Assembly (NCBI GenBank): GCA_963706955.1
Contig: CAVPOC010000003.1
Coordinates: forward strand, 512,001 to 576,000
Length of the DNA stretch: 64,000 nt
Source of the DNA: an uncultured Verrucomicrobiae bacterium
Lineage (GTDB): Bacteria > Verrucomicrobiota > Verrucomicrobiia > Chthoniobacterales > Terrimicrobiaceae
Reading direction: 5' to 3'
A program made the translations under genes and the position numbers. Under the pieces are notes generated by a model. It had not been told where the DNA came from, ran no database searches, and worked only from the letters and a program-made list of their open reading frames with translations. Of this stretch, positions 52,343 through 61,389 are shown one piece after another (position 1 is the stretch's first letter; each line of letters starts with the position of its first letter).

Positions 52343-53683
52343 ATGAAGCCCCCAATGCACGACGCAGCGATGCGCAAGGCGGAGAGTGGAAAGAAGGCGG
52401 TCAATACTCCTCAACAGGTGCTGTTTGCCAGCTTGATCGGGACGGCCATCGAGTTTTTCGACTTTTACATCTATGCCACCGCAGCGGTGCTGGTCTTCCC
52501 AAGCCTCTTTTTCCCTGGCTCGGATCCGACGACGGCCATGTTATCTTCGCTGGCGACTTTCGGGCTCGCCTTTTTCGCGCGACCGATCGGCTCAGCGCTT
52601 TTCGGCCATTTTGGAGATCGGGTGGGGCGCAAAACGACCCTGGTCGCATCGCTGCTGACTATGGGGATTTCCACCGTTCTCATCGGATTGTTACCGACCT
52701 ATCATGCCGTCGGGTTGGCCGCTCCAGTGCTCCTGGCGCTTTGTCGGCTCGGTCAGGGTCTTGGCCTCGGCGGGGAATGGGGTGGCGCGGTGCTCTTAGC
52801 CACCGAGAACGCACCGCCCGGAAAGCGCGCCTGGTACGGCATGTTCCCGCAGCTCGGTGCGCCCTTGGGTTTTCTGTTTTCAGGCGGCGTTTTCGTGCTG
52901 CTCTCCGAATGGCTTTCCGACGAGCAGTTCTTCGCGTTTGGATGGCGAATTCCTTTTCTCGCCAGCGCGGTCCTCGTCGTGATTGGGCTCTATGTCCGTC
53001 TCAAAATCAGCGAAACGCCAGTCTTCCGGGAAGCCATCGTTCGCGAAGAACGGGTAAAGGTCCCGATGGTGACGGTCTTTCGCGACTATCCAGGAACCCT
53101 CGTTCTTGGCACCCTCATATCGCTGACGGCGTTTGTTCTCTTTTATCTGGTGACAGTTTTTGCGCTGTCTTGGGGCACCAGGAAACTCGGTTATACACGC
53201 GAGGAGTTCCTCCTTATCCAACTCTTCGGCATCCTCTTCTTCGCGCTGACGATTCCATGGTCGGCGAAGCTGGCTGAACACGGTCGCAGGAAGATGCTGA
53301 TGATGGTCAATGCAGCGATTTTTGTCTTCGGTCTGTTCATGGCGCCGATGTTAAACGCTGGGTTGATCGGAACGATTGCGGCGGTTGTAGTTGGAATGTC
53401 GTTAATGGGATTGGTCTACGGACCGCTGGGAACAGTGCTCTCCGAGCTCTTCCCCACGGCCGTCCGTTACACAGGCAGTTCGCTGACGTTCAACCTGGCG
53501 GGCATCTTTGGCGCGTCGCTCACCCCTTACGCCGCGACGTGGCTCGCCACCACTTACGGGCTGCAGGCGGTCGGTTACTATCTTTCGGGATCGACGATCC
53601 TTTCGCTGATCGGGCTCGCCTTGGCACGCGAGACGAAAGATGAATCGCTTTCGGCGCCGATCGCGGAAGCTGCCAGAGATTAG
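52343..53683 (+). CDS. MFS metabolite:H+ symporter (MHS/ShiA-like)
   Basis: GTAIEFFDFYIY, GHFGDRVGRK, GGEWGGA, WGWRIPFL-like, ELFPT.VRY.G. Confidence 0.92.
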   Translation: MKPPMHDAAMRKAESGKKAVNTPQQVLFASLIGTAIEFFDFYIYATAAVLVFPSLFFPGSDPTTAMLSSLATFGLAFFARPIGSALFGHFGDRVGRKTTLVASLLTMGISTVLIGLLPTYHAVGLAAPVLLALCRLGQGLGLGGEWGGAVLLATENAPPGKRAWYGMFPQLGAPLGFLFSGGVFVLLSEWLSDEQFFAFGWRIPFLASAVLVVIGLYVRLKISETPVFREAIVREERVKVPMVTVFRDYPGTLVLGTLISLTAFVLFYLVTVFALSWGTRKLGYTREEFLLIQLFGILFFALTIPWSAKLAEHGRRKMLMMVNAAIFVFGLFMAPMLNAGLIGTIAAVVVGMSLMGLVYGPLGTVLSELFPTAVRYTGSSLTFNLAGIFGASLTPYAATWLATTYGLQAVGYYLSGSTILSLIGLALARETKDESLSAPIAEAARD

Positions 53684-53910
53684 AGGACCTGCGGGGGCGC
53701 GAAAGCTGAGCGTCCCCGGCTGACGCTTGTAGAGGCCCTTGTGTCAAGGGCCTGTGGTCGGGCGGTTGAAACAACCGCCTCTATAACGCCGAAACGAACC
53801 AAGCGCGACTGCGATCCCAATTTGCTGCGAGCTGACCCGAGTGGTTGGCTCGGACATTTGCCTCCGCCGTGGAGCTCGCTAAATTGAATTTGAAGAATCC
53901 GCAGGGTCAT

Positions 53911-54360
53911 ATGAAAGCGCGTATTCTCTTCTGGCTGGGTTGCGTTGTTCTCGGGGGTTGCAACGAACCGAAGGTCTCGTCCGACGAACGCGAGAATCCC
54001 GCGCCGGCACCGTCGACCGGATCGCTCTATCTGGCGCGTCGCGTGGCGGTCGCAACCGAGGAAAGCCTCTACGGTCTCAAAGCGGGCATGGAGCTCAAGG
54101 TCATCGAAACGCGCCCGGAGGGCTTCTTGGTAGAAGCCGAGGGTATGCGGTTTGAGATCGACGCCCGAGACACGACACGCGATCGGGACTTGGCAGAGAC
54201 ACTTCTTGCTCGTGAGCAGCCAGGAGAGCCCACCCGACAGTCCGCGATCACAGAGCACTGGCAGATCGAAGACCGCAAATTTCTCGCTGAGGAAAACATC
54301 CGGCGTTCCGCTGAGGAAGCTCATTTGCGCAAGCCGGCCAATCAGCCAAGAGCGCATTAG
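53911..54360 (+). CDS. Hypothetical lipoprotein
   Basis: MKARILFWLGCVVLGGC lipobox-like N-terminus. Confidence 0.6.
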   Translation: MKARILFWLGCVVLGGCNEPKVSSDERENPAPAPSTGSLYLARRVAVATEESLYGLKAGMELKVIETRPEGFLVEAEGMRFEIDARDTTRDRDLAETLLAREQPGEPTRQSAITEHWQIEDRKFLAEENIRRSAEEAHLRKPANQPRAH

Positions 54361-54553
54361 ACGACTTAGAAAGCGCTTGCCTTATCGATGTAGCAGCGGT
54401 CGCCCCACTGTCGAAAATCGTCCCGGCGATGGGGAGGCGCCTATGCGGTCCGCTCCAGAAGAGCCACCCTCGACCGCGGGCCCACCCAGGCGCGCCCTGG
54501 CGGGGAGACGATCGCGACAATTGCGTGATGCTTTTTTGCAAGCGATGGTTCGC

Positions 54554-54580
54554 TGTCCAAAAAGTCTGCGTCGGTTCGTC
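54554..54580 (+). promoter_or_regulatory. ECF-sigma-like promoter TGTCC-N15-GTTCGTC
   Basis: Upstream of the VOC gene at 54733; shared motif. Confidence 0.55.
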
Positions 54581-54732
54581 TTACCTTTATATCCCAACAG
54601 GAGACGTGGCGTGAGTCCTCAAAACGATTGCTACAATCTTCGGCTCGGCCGTTCCAAGGACTCCGCCGAGATGGTCTCCGTTTCTTGAAATCAAACAACC
54701 GCTAAAAATACAGACCACAACACACAAAGAAA

Positions 54733-55140
54733 ATGCCCACGCAAATCTTCGTCAATCTGCCCGTCAAGGACCTCGCGAAGTCCATCGCCTTCTTTCAGAG
54801 CCTCGGTTTTTCTTCCAATCCACAATTCACTGACGAGACGGCTGCTTGCATGGTCGTGAGCGGAGACATCTATGTCATGCTGCTCACCAATGCGAAGTTC
54901 AAGGAATTCACCCCCAAAGAAGTTTGTGATGCCACCAAATGCACCGAAGTCCTCGTGGCGCTGTCATGCGAAGGCCGGGCGGCCGTGGACGAATTCGTTC
55001 GCAAGGCGGTTGCCGCCGGAGGCAGCACCTATAGCGACCCGAAGGATTATGGCTTCATGTACGCCCATGGATTTCAGGATCCAGATGGCCACATGTGGGA
55101 AGTCTTCCACATGGAGTCGATGCCGCCACAAGCCGCGTAA
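54733..55140 (+). CDS. VOC/glyoxalase family protein
   Basis: IFVNLPVKDL..S..FF..LGF..NPQFTDE, DYGFMY...FQDPDGH.WE. Confidence 0.92.
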   Translation: MPTQIFVNLPVKDLAKSIAFFQSLGFSSNPQFTDETAACMVVSGDIYVMLLTNAKFKEFTPKEVCDATKCTEVLVALSCEGRAAVDEFVRKAVAAGGSTYSDPKDYGFMYAHGFQDPDGHMWEVFHMESMPPQAA

Positions 55141-55212
55141 CGGTTCAATTTTTCGAAGCAACACCCCAGGCCTGAAAGACACTCAGCTTTGTGCGATGGT
55201 GGCAGAGAGACC

Positions 55213-55707
55213 ATGATCTCGACGAGCGGCCTGAACTATGCCTTGACACTCTTGACCGCGCTTGGCTGCGGCACAATCGCGGGCGTGTTTTTCGCTTTCT
55301 CCACCTTTGTCATGAAGGCGCTGGCGCGACTTCCGCCTGAGGACGGCATCGCCGCCATGCAATCGATCAATGTTTTCGCAATCAACTCCTGGTTCCTCGT
55401 CGCCTTTCTGGGCACCGCCGGTTTCTGTGTTGCCACTGTAATCGCCGCAATCGTCCAGTGGAGCGAGCCGTTCGCCATCTTCCTGGTGCTGGGTGGAGTG
55501 ATCTATTTGGCAGGTTGTTTCGCCGTTACGATGCTCTTCAATGTGCCAATGAACGAGGCTCTGGCGGCACTCCCGCCAACCGCGCCCGACCGAACCGCCC
55601 GCTGGGCGAATTACGTCAGCGGCTGGACAACGTGGAACCACGTGCGCACCGCCGCCTCTCTCTTGGCGGCCGCGTTGCTGGCGATCGGGCTGAGCAAAAT
55701 CGCCTGA
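55213..55707 (+). CDS. DUF1772 / anthrone oxygenase-like membrane protein
   Basis: AGVFFAFSTFVMKAL, AMQSIN, NVPMNEAL, WT.WNHVRT. Confidence 0.88.
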   Translation: MISTSGLNYALTLLTALGCGTIAGVFFAFSTFVMKALARLPPEDGIAAMQSINVFAINSWFLVAFLGTAGFCVATVIAAIVQWSEPFAIFLVLGGVIYLAGCFAVTMLFNVPMNEALAALPPTAPDRTARWANYVSGWTTWNHVRTAASLLAAALLAIGLSKIA

Positions 55708-55812
55708 GCCCGCACTTCGTCGTCGTGACGGCTTTTTCCGCGAGCGGATTCATGTAGAAAAGTTCACCCTCAGGAGACCCGCTGGCGCTCCGAACTGCGA
55801 ATTCTAAATAGC

Positions 55813-56055
55813 ATGAAAACCGGTTGCCTGATTCAGGATCTACGTAGAATCGACCTCAATAATCTCGTCACCTCGAACGAAGGCGGCTCGTTCATCATCG
55901 GCGAGGTGACGAATCCGAATGTCTCCCCCAGCGTCGGAGACGCCAGTCTAGTCATCGAAGGCGAGGAATTCCATGGCGATGTCGTTCGCTACACAGGATC
56001 ACAAGTCGTCTTCGAGCCGAGCAGCTTTGACGAAATCGCCAAAAAGCTTGCTTGA
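55813..56055 (+). CDS. Hypothetical protein
   Basis: 80-aa ORF with ATG, co-oriented with neighbours and with globular composition. Confidence 0.45.
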   Translation: MKTGCLIQDLRRIDLNNLVTSNEGGSFIIGEVTNPNVSPSVGDASLVIEGEEFHGDVVRYTGSQVVFEPSSFDEIAKKLA

Positions 56056-56230
56056 ACTGCGCAAGGGAGACTTGGGTTCAACGTGAGTTGACATCCTTTC
56101 CCTTGGTCGCAGGCGGGGAGAGCGGCCAAGGCGCCGGACTGAGCAGCTAAGCGCCGGTAAGGGCACGCACGATCAGGAAGTCCCTTGTCCGGCACCGTTG
56201 ATGGCTGTAGGTTGAGCCACCAAGGCGCTT

Positions 56231-56458
56231 ATGACTGAGGAAGATTCGTCAAGCTCGGCAGAACGGTCTTATGTCGATCAAGAAGCCGAGATTGCGGCCC
56301 TTGCATATCGTTTTTACGAAGAAGAAGGCCGTCCTGAGGGTCGGGCGGGTGATCATTGGTTGCGCGCCGAGCGGGAAATCGGCAAACCAGATCGACCGGC
56401 CAGTCTAAACCCCTCCCAAGTTGACCAGGTTTTCGGCGATCACGGCGGAGAACGTTGA
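56231..56458 (+). CDS. DUF2934 domain protein
   Basis: EIAALAYRFYEEEGRPEGRAGDHWLRAEREI. Confidence 0.85.
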   Translation: MTEEDSSSSAERSYVDQEAEIAALAYRFYEEEGRPEGRAGDHWLRAEREIGKPDRPASLNPSQVDQVFGDHGGER

Positions 56459-56537
56459 CCGGACGCCCTAACCCCCTACGCGGCTCGCACCCATCCAAGC
56501 TTCGTGACAACTTCGACAGCAGCGGGACGACTCGCAC

Positions 56538-56704
56538 TTAACCCGACGCGAATTCGTGAAACTGGCTGCAGCGACGACTGTTGTGGTCGGCGCTGGATCG
56601 CTGGCCTCTGCTGGGACAAGCAACGGCGGGATGCCCTATCGCAGCTTGGGTGCACCGGCGAGCGGATATCCGCCATCGGTCTGGGAGGCTATCACATCGG
56701 CATG
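56538..56704 (+). pseudogene. Truncated Tat-signal aldo/keto reductase (N-terminus only)
   Basis: TRREFVK Tat motif, then MPYRSLG / TGERISAIGLGGYHIG across a frame change; ends at the tRNA-linked repeats. Confidence 0.7.
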
Positions 56705-56708
56705 CGCT

Positions 56709-56870
56709 CGCGCGGGTAGTCGAACCAAGGTTCGAATCTTTCGCTTCGCGAAACTCCACCAAAAATTGGTGGAGCCTAGGGGATTATCCTGACTGCGTCG
56801 GGCTCTACGAAATTGGCTTCGCCCAAAGATGCGCTATCGCGCAAGGTAGTCGAACCGAGGTTCGAATCTT
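56709..56870 (-). repeat. tRNA-Ala-linked repeat units including a copy of the tRNA 3' end
   Basis: 36-bp GAAACTCCACCAAAAATTGGTGGAGCCTAGGGGATT at 56750-56785 equals 58138-58173. GGTAGTCGAACC(A/G)AGGTTCGAATCTT occurs twice about 130 bp apart. Confidence 0.85.
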
Positions 56871-58137
56871 GGCTCTCCATCAAAAAGTGGGGACATGGGG
56901 TCAATAGAAGACCACCATGCCCCCTGTGTGTGATATCGGATTAAGAGGCTACCGCGTCTTGCGGAGTGAAAGCAACCAACAAGTGTTTGTGCATTTGGAA
57001 CTGGAAAGGGAACCCGATTGCTGTCGGTGCTGTGCGAGCCCTCGCATCGTCGCTAAGGGGAGATATCGACGGCGCGCTCGGCATCTGAACTCCTTTGGGC
57101 TGCCGAGCCTTCTTCATATCGAGACTCGGCGCTTCGAGTGCCGGGCCTGCGGTCGCAGCTTCCTGCCTGAGACGCCCGGTTTACGGCCCTGGAAGCGCAG
57201 CACCGAGCCGTGGCGACAGAAGGTCTACAGCCAGCATCACGAAGGCATTTGTGCCTCGGCTCTGGCGCGTCTCATGAAGTTGGGCAGCGCCACCGTGGAG
57301 CGCATCTATGCGGAATTTACCTCGCGGAAGGCCAGAGAACGTTTAAGCCTTCAATGCCCTCAGGTTCTCGGCATCGACGAGCACACCCTTCACAAAAGGC
57401 AGCGCTTTGCCACCACCTTCTGCGACCTGAAGAACCACCGTGTCTTTGATATCGTGGCGGGGCGCAGTCCAAGAGCTCTGCGCTCCTTTCTGGCTGCTCT
57501 CCAAGGCAGAGAGAAGGTGCGGGTAGTTTGCATCGATCTCTCAAGTCCTTATCGCAGCCTGATTGGTTCTTACTTTCCCAGAGCCAAGATCGTTGCCGAT
57601 CGCTTTCATGTCATCCGCCTCGTCACCCAGCACTTCCTGGAGTTAGCCCGCCAGATTGCCCCTTCAATCAGGAACCACCGCGGCTCTCTGGGGGCCTTGC
57701 GAAAACGAGAGGACAACCTCGCGGCTACTGACTGCCTGCGCCTCAAGGCCTCTTTGCCAAATACCCTGCTCTCCAACCCCTCTATGACGCCATGCATCGG
57801 CTCCGCGCTCTCCTCAATATTAAGCATCAAACCAAGCGGGCTTGCTCGTCCTCTGGCTAAGAAACTGCTCGACTTTATCGATGAGCTCAAAGCCAGTTGC
57901 TTCTCCTCGATGTTGACTTTGGCTGAGACCTTATCGCGTTGGAGAGAACCTTTGGCGGCCATGTGGCGCTTTACCAAAAACAATGCCATTACCGAAGGCT
58001 TCCATCGCAAAATGAAACTCATCCAACGCCGTGCTTACGGCTTTAAAAACTTCTCCAACTACCGCCTTCGCGTTATCGCTCAATGCGGATAAAAAACCAA
58101 CCAAACCTACCCCGTCCCCAAAGTTTGGTGGAGACCC
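56871..58137 (+). mobile_element. ISL3-family insertion sequence (about 1.27 kb)
   Basis: Imperfect terminal IRs GGCTCTCCATCAAAAAGTGGGGAC / GGGTCTCCACCAAACTTTGGGGAC (19/24) enclose the transposase. Confidence 0.85.
56917..58092 (+). CDS. ISL3-family transposase
   Basis: Zn-finger CxxC pairs, LGIDE, V.IDL, VADRFHV, NAITEG.HRKMKLIQRRAYGF.NF. Apparent compensating frameshifts at about 57750 and 57846. Confidence 0.93.
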   Translation: MPPVCDIGLRGYRVLRSESNQQVFVHLELEREPDCCRCCASPRIVAKGRYRRRARHLNSFGLPSLLHIETRRFECRACGRSFLPETPGLRPWKRSTEPWRQKVYSQHHEGICASALARLMKLGSATVERIYAEFTSRKARERLSLQCPQVLGIDEHTLHKRQRFATTFCDLKNHRVFDIVAGRSPRALRSFLAALQGREKVRVVCIDLSSPYRSLIGSYFPRAKIVADRFHVIRLVTQHFLELARQIAPSIRNHRGSLGALRKREDNLAATDCLRLKASLPNTLLSNPSMTPCIGSALSSILSIKPSGLARPLAKKLLDFIDELKASCFSSMLTLAETLSRWREPLAAMWRFTKNNAITEGFHRKMKLIQRRAYGFKNFSNYRLRVIAQCG

Positions 58138-58154
58138 GAAACTCCACCAAAAAT

Positions 58155-58230
58155 TGGTGGAGCCTAGGGGATTCGAACCCCTGACCTCCTCAATGCCATT
58201 GAGGCGCTCTACCAACTGAGCTAAGACCCC
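58155..58230 (-). tRNA. tRNA-Ala (anticodon GGC)
   Basis: Reverse complement GGGGTCTTAGCTCAGTTGGTAGAGCGCCTCAATGGCATTGAGGAGGTCAGGGGTTCGAATCCCCTAGGCTCCACCA; G3:U70 pair present. Confidence 0.97.
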
Positions 58231-58526
58231 GTCGCTATCGCAACCGAGTATTATTGCGTGAACATCGGCCTCCGCAAGAGCCATTTGTCGCTGCTTTTTC
58301 GATCTGTGAAAATCGGCGAAATCAGTGGACGAAATTTCCGCGCGTGCCTGGCATCAGCCATCAGCTATCAACCATGAACCCGTTTCTATCGCTTGCCGTC
58401 CCCCGTTGGGCAATTCAGTATCGCTCACGGATCGCAGCTTGTGGCACTAACACGGGATCGAATCAACGCGCTTACTGAAACGGGGGATCGCACGCCTTCA
58501 GGAGCAGACACGTCGGGAGCGCCGAC

Positions 58527-60668
58527 TTGAACCTCTCGGCCTGGGTACTCGTCGGAGCGGCCGTCGGTGCCCTCTGCGGCTTATTCTTCGGAGAATATGC
58601 GGCCGTGCTGGAGCCGATCGGTGGGGTGTATGTATCGCTCCTGGAGATGGTGGTGTTCCCATTCATCGTCAGTTCGTTACTGCATGGGCTTGGTAGCTTG
58701 CGCTCCGCCACAGCGCTCAGGTTGTTGCGAGCCGGCTGGCCGGCGTTCCTCCTCGCGTGGGGCGGCACATTGGCCGCTTTGTGGCTGCTGGCTCAAGCAA
58801 TTCCTGAGGCCCGTCCACCCATCGTCGTCACCGCGGATCGAGGCCAAGGCGCTTCGCAACTAGTCTCGCTGTTGATTCCGGCAAATCCGTTTGTCGACCT
58901 CAGCCGGAACTACGTGCCAGCGATTGTGGTATTCTGCGTTTTTTACGGTATCGCGATCCAACGGATTGAGAACAAGCAAGGCGTTCTGAGCGGACTGGAA
59001 GTCGTTAAACAGGCCTCGGTCACGATTTGGAAATGGGTGGTGCGCATGGCCCCGGTTGGTGTTTTCGCTCTGTTCGCGGACCTCGCGGGGACGATCCGAC
59101 TGGAAGTTGTCGGAAACCTTTTCCTCTACGTTATCCTCTTTATTGGCGGTGCTTTGATCCTCGCGTTTTGGGTGATCCCATCGCTGATTGCTGCCCTGGT
59201 TCCCATCGGTCATCGCGAACTGCTCAAGGAGCTGAACAGCGCCATTGTCATCGCCGTCGTCACCTCATTGCCGGTCACCTCCGTGCCATACATCGTTCAG
59301 ATGACTGAACGTCTGGCGGCCCGTTGCCAGGTTAAAGACGCGGATCGTGGTGAGATCATCTCGACCACCATGGGGGTCAGCTATCCGCTCGCTCAGCTGG
59401 GAAATCTGTTTGTATTCCTCTTCATTGTTTTCGCCGCGTTCTATTTCCACGCGGCCTTGCAAGGCGCGGCATGGATGGCTCTGCCGCTGCTCACGGTCTT
59501 GTCAACGGTGGGGACGCCGGTCTCGACCGTGGATGCGGTTGAGTTCTTTGCCAATTGGCTCCGTCTACCCGCAGATGCCCAGCTCCTCTACGTTGAGATG
59601 ATGACCTTGACACGTTACCCACAGGTTCTGGTGTCGACGATGGGTCTCGCCTTCATTACCATTTTGGTGCCGCTCTCCTACTACGGCGTTACGAAGATAC
59701 AGCCGCGCAAGCTGGCGGTATCCGTAATCATCAGCATTCTGCTGCTCGGCGGACTTACGCTGGCTAGCCGGGCCGTCCACACCGTTCTGGCTGAAAAGCA
59801 ACAGAATCCCTATTTGCACTTTACCCTGGAAGAAAATCTCGTTGGGGCGACCGAGGTGGCTTTGCATCGCGAAGCATTGCCAGTCGTCGAACCTGTTGGC
59901 CCGCCGACGCTGGACCGCATTCGCCAAACGGGCCGGCTCCGAGTCGGCTTTGGCCCGCACGTCATACCGTTCAGCTACTTCAATGCAACAAGCGAGCTAG
60001 TCGGCTATGACATCGCCTTTGCGTATGCCTTGGCACGCGACCTCGGCGTCAACTTGGAACTGATTCCAATCACCGATTGGGCGACCCTAAGCGACGATCT
60101 CAAAGCAGGACGCTACGACCTCGCCCTCGGGGGAGTCTACGTCACCGACGAGCGGCTGCAGGCGCTCACGGTCTCCAAGCCCTATCTGCAAAGCCAGTTG
60201 GCGCTGATCGTTCGCTCCAACAAAGCTCCCAGGTTCCTGAATGGTCCAAGTATCAAACGAGAGAAAGGCCTGAAAATCGCGATCTTTAAAAGCGACATCC
60301 TGGAACCGATGGTCCGGACGCTGTTTCCTCAAGCTGAAGTGGTGGTCGTCCCCGACTATGACGTATTGCTTCGCGACAACAGCATTGATGCGGCGCTCTG
60401 GACTTTCGAACAGGCCAGAGCGTGGGCGGCGGCGAATCCAGGCTTCTCTGCGGTCCGCCCGACCGATTTTGGCGCGCCGCTTTTGATCGCCTACCTAATG
60501 CCACCAAACTCGGACGAATTTGCGAATTTTATCAATCAGTGGCTGGACTTGCAGAGGGCAAACGGCTTCGAGCAGCGGATGAAAGAGTACTGGCTCGAGG
60601 GAAAGCCGCGAGTCGATCAACAACCGCGCTGGAGCATCATGCGCAACGTGCTCCATTGGGTGGACTGA
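58527..60668 (+). CDS. Dicarboxylate/amino acid:cation symporter (DAACS) fused to a family-3 substrate-binding domain
   Basis: SDF N-part (G..Y..LL.M.V.P, LIPANPF, APVGVFAL) followed by LDRIRQTGRLRVG...PFSYFN...LVGYDI..A..LA.DLGV. Confidence 0.88.
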   Translation: MNLSAWVLVGAAVGALCGLFFGEYAAVLEPIGGVYVSLLEMVVFPFIVSSLLHGLGSLRSATALRLLRAGWPAFLLAWGGTLAALWLLAQAIPEARPPIVVTADRGQGASQLVSLLIPANPFVDLSRNYVPAIVVFCVFYGIAIQRIENKQGVLSGLEVVKQASVTIWKWVVRMAPVGVFALFADLAGTIRLEVVGNLFLYVILFIGGALILAFWVIPSLIAALVPIGHRELLKELNSAIVIAVVTSLPVTSVPYIVQMTERLAARCQVKDADRGEIISTTMGVSYPLAQLGNLFVFLFIVFAAFYFHAALQGAAWMALPLLTVLSTVGTPVSTVDAVEFFANWLRLPADAQLLYVEMMTLTRYPQVLVSTMGLAFITILVPLSYYGVTKIQPRKLAVSVIISILLLGGLTLASRAVHTVLAEKQQNPYLHFTLEENLVGATEVALHREALPVVEPVGPPTLDRIRQTGRLRVGFGPHVIPFSYFNATSELVGYDIAFAYALARDLGVNLELIPITDWATLSDDLKAGRYDLALGGVYVTDERLQALTVSKPYLQSQLALIVRSNKAPRFLNGPSIKREKGLKIAIFKSDILEPMVRTLFPQAEVVVVPDYDVLLRDNSIDAALWTFEQARAWAAANPGFSAVRPTDFGAPLLIAYLMPPNSDEFANFINQWLDLQRANGFEQRMKEYWLEGKPRVDQQPRWSIMRNVLHWVD

Positions 60669-60683
60669 GGCGCTATCCACTTC

Positions 60684-60867
60684 ATCCACAGATTTCGCAG
60701 ATTACACAGATTCATATCTGAGAGAACTCGTCGGCGTGCGCTGCTTACACTGGGTCGCTCGGTCCCTAGCGCCTAAGGCAACCTCTTCTCAGCTATGAGC
60801 TCAACCACGAACTTGCCTTGCGTGCTTCCCTTCTTATTCTGTGTAAATCAGTGAAATCTGTGGATAA
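60684..60867. repeat. Inverted pair of ATCCACAGATTT-CGCAGATT-ACACAGAT repeats
   Basis: 60684-60712 and its inverted counterpart 60838-60867, between convergent genes. Confidence 0.75.
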
Positions 60868-60875
60868 AATGCGGC

Positions 60876-61283
60876 CTAGTCGTGACGAGTCACTCGGGTC
60901 GAGTTGCAATTTCGCAGGATCTGAATAGCCTGCTCGGCACGCTCAGGCTCGGTCTTCACGAAGACAAACTTTCCGTCGTGAATAAACGCCGTGGCATATC
61001 CACCGATCACATCGTGAGACAAGTTATAGCGCCCCAACTGGGCCTTGAACGCCTCGACAATGGTGCGACGATCCGGCTTCGATATCAAATTCGGTGCGTT
61101 CTCCCCCAAGGCCCTCTCCGGAGCGGAGCCCGGCGCTCGGAACGGGATAGCACCGGCACTCCCGGGCTGTTCTGCTACGATCGCCTCATCAAGAACGGTG
61201 TCCTCGAATCCGGCGGCAGCTAATTGCTCAATAGCCTTTTCGACATTCCAAGCGTCATCAAATATTCCAACAATCGTCGTCAT
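60876..61283 (-). CDS. Hypothetical protein (general-stress-protein-like)
   Basis: TIVGIFDD...EKAIEQL..AGF and G.FVFVK....A..A.QIL pattern. Confidence 0.65.
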   Translation of the reverse strand: MTTIVGIFDDAWNVEKAIEQLAAAGFEDTVLDEAIVAEQPGSAGAIPFRAPGSAPERALGENAPNLISKPDRRTIVEAFKAQLGRYNLSHDVIGGYATAFIHDGKFVFVKTEPERAEQAIQILRNCNSTRVTRHD

Positions 61284-61389
61284 AATTCCTCGACTTTTCG
61301 ACGAGTTCCTCGCCTTGTTGATTTTGCTTCAGTTAGCAAACTGTATAGTTATTGCCGCTTTGGATCGCCTCGGATCTGTCCATCCCGAA

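Noticed and set aside
56750..58173. Integrase-type genomic island bounded by attL/attR
   Set aside because: The interval holds only one repeat unit and an ISL3, with no tyrosine or serine recombinase; tRNA-linked repeats explain it better.
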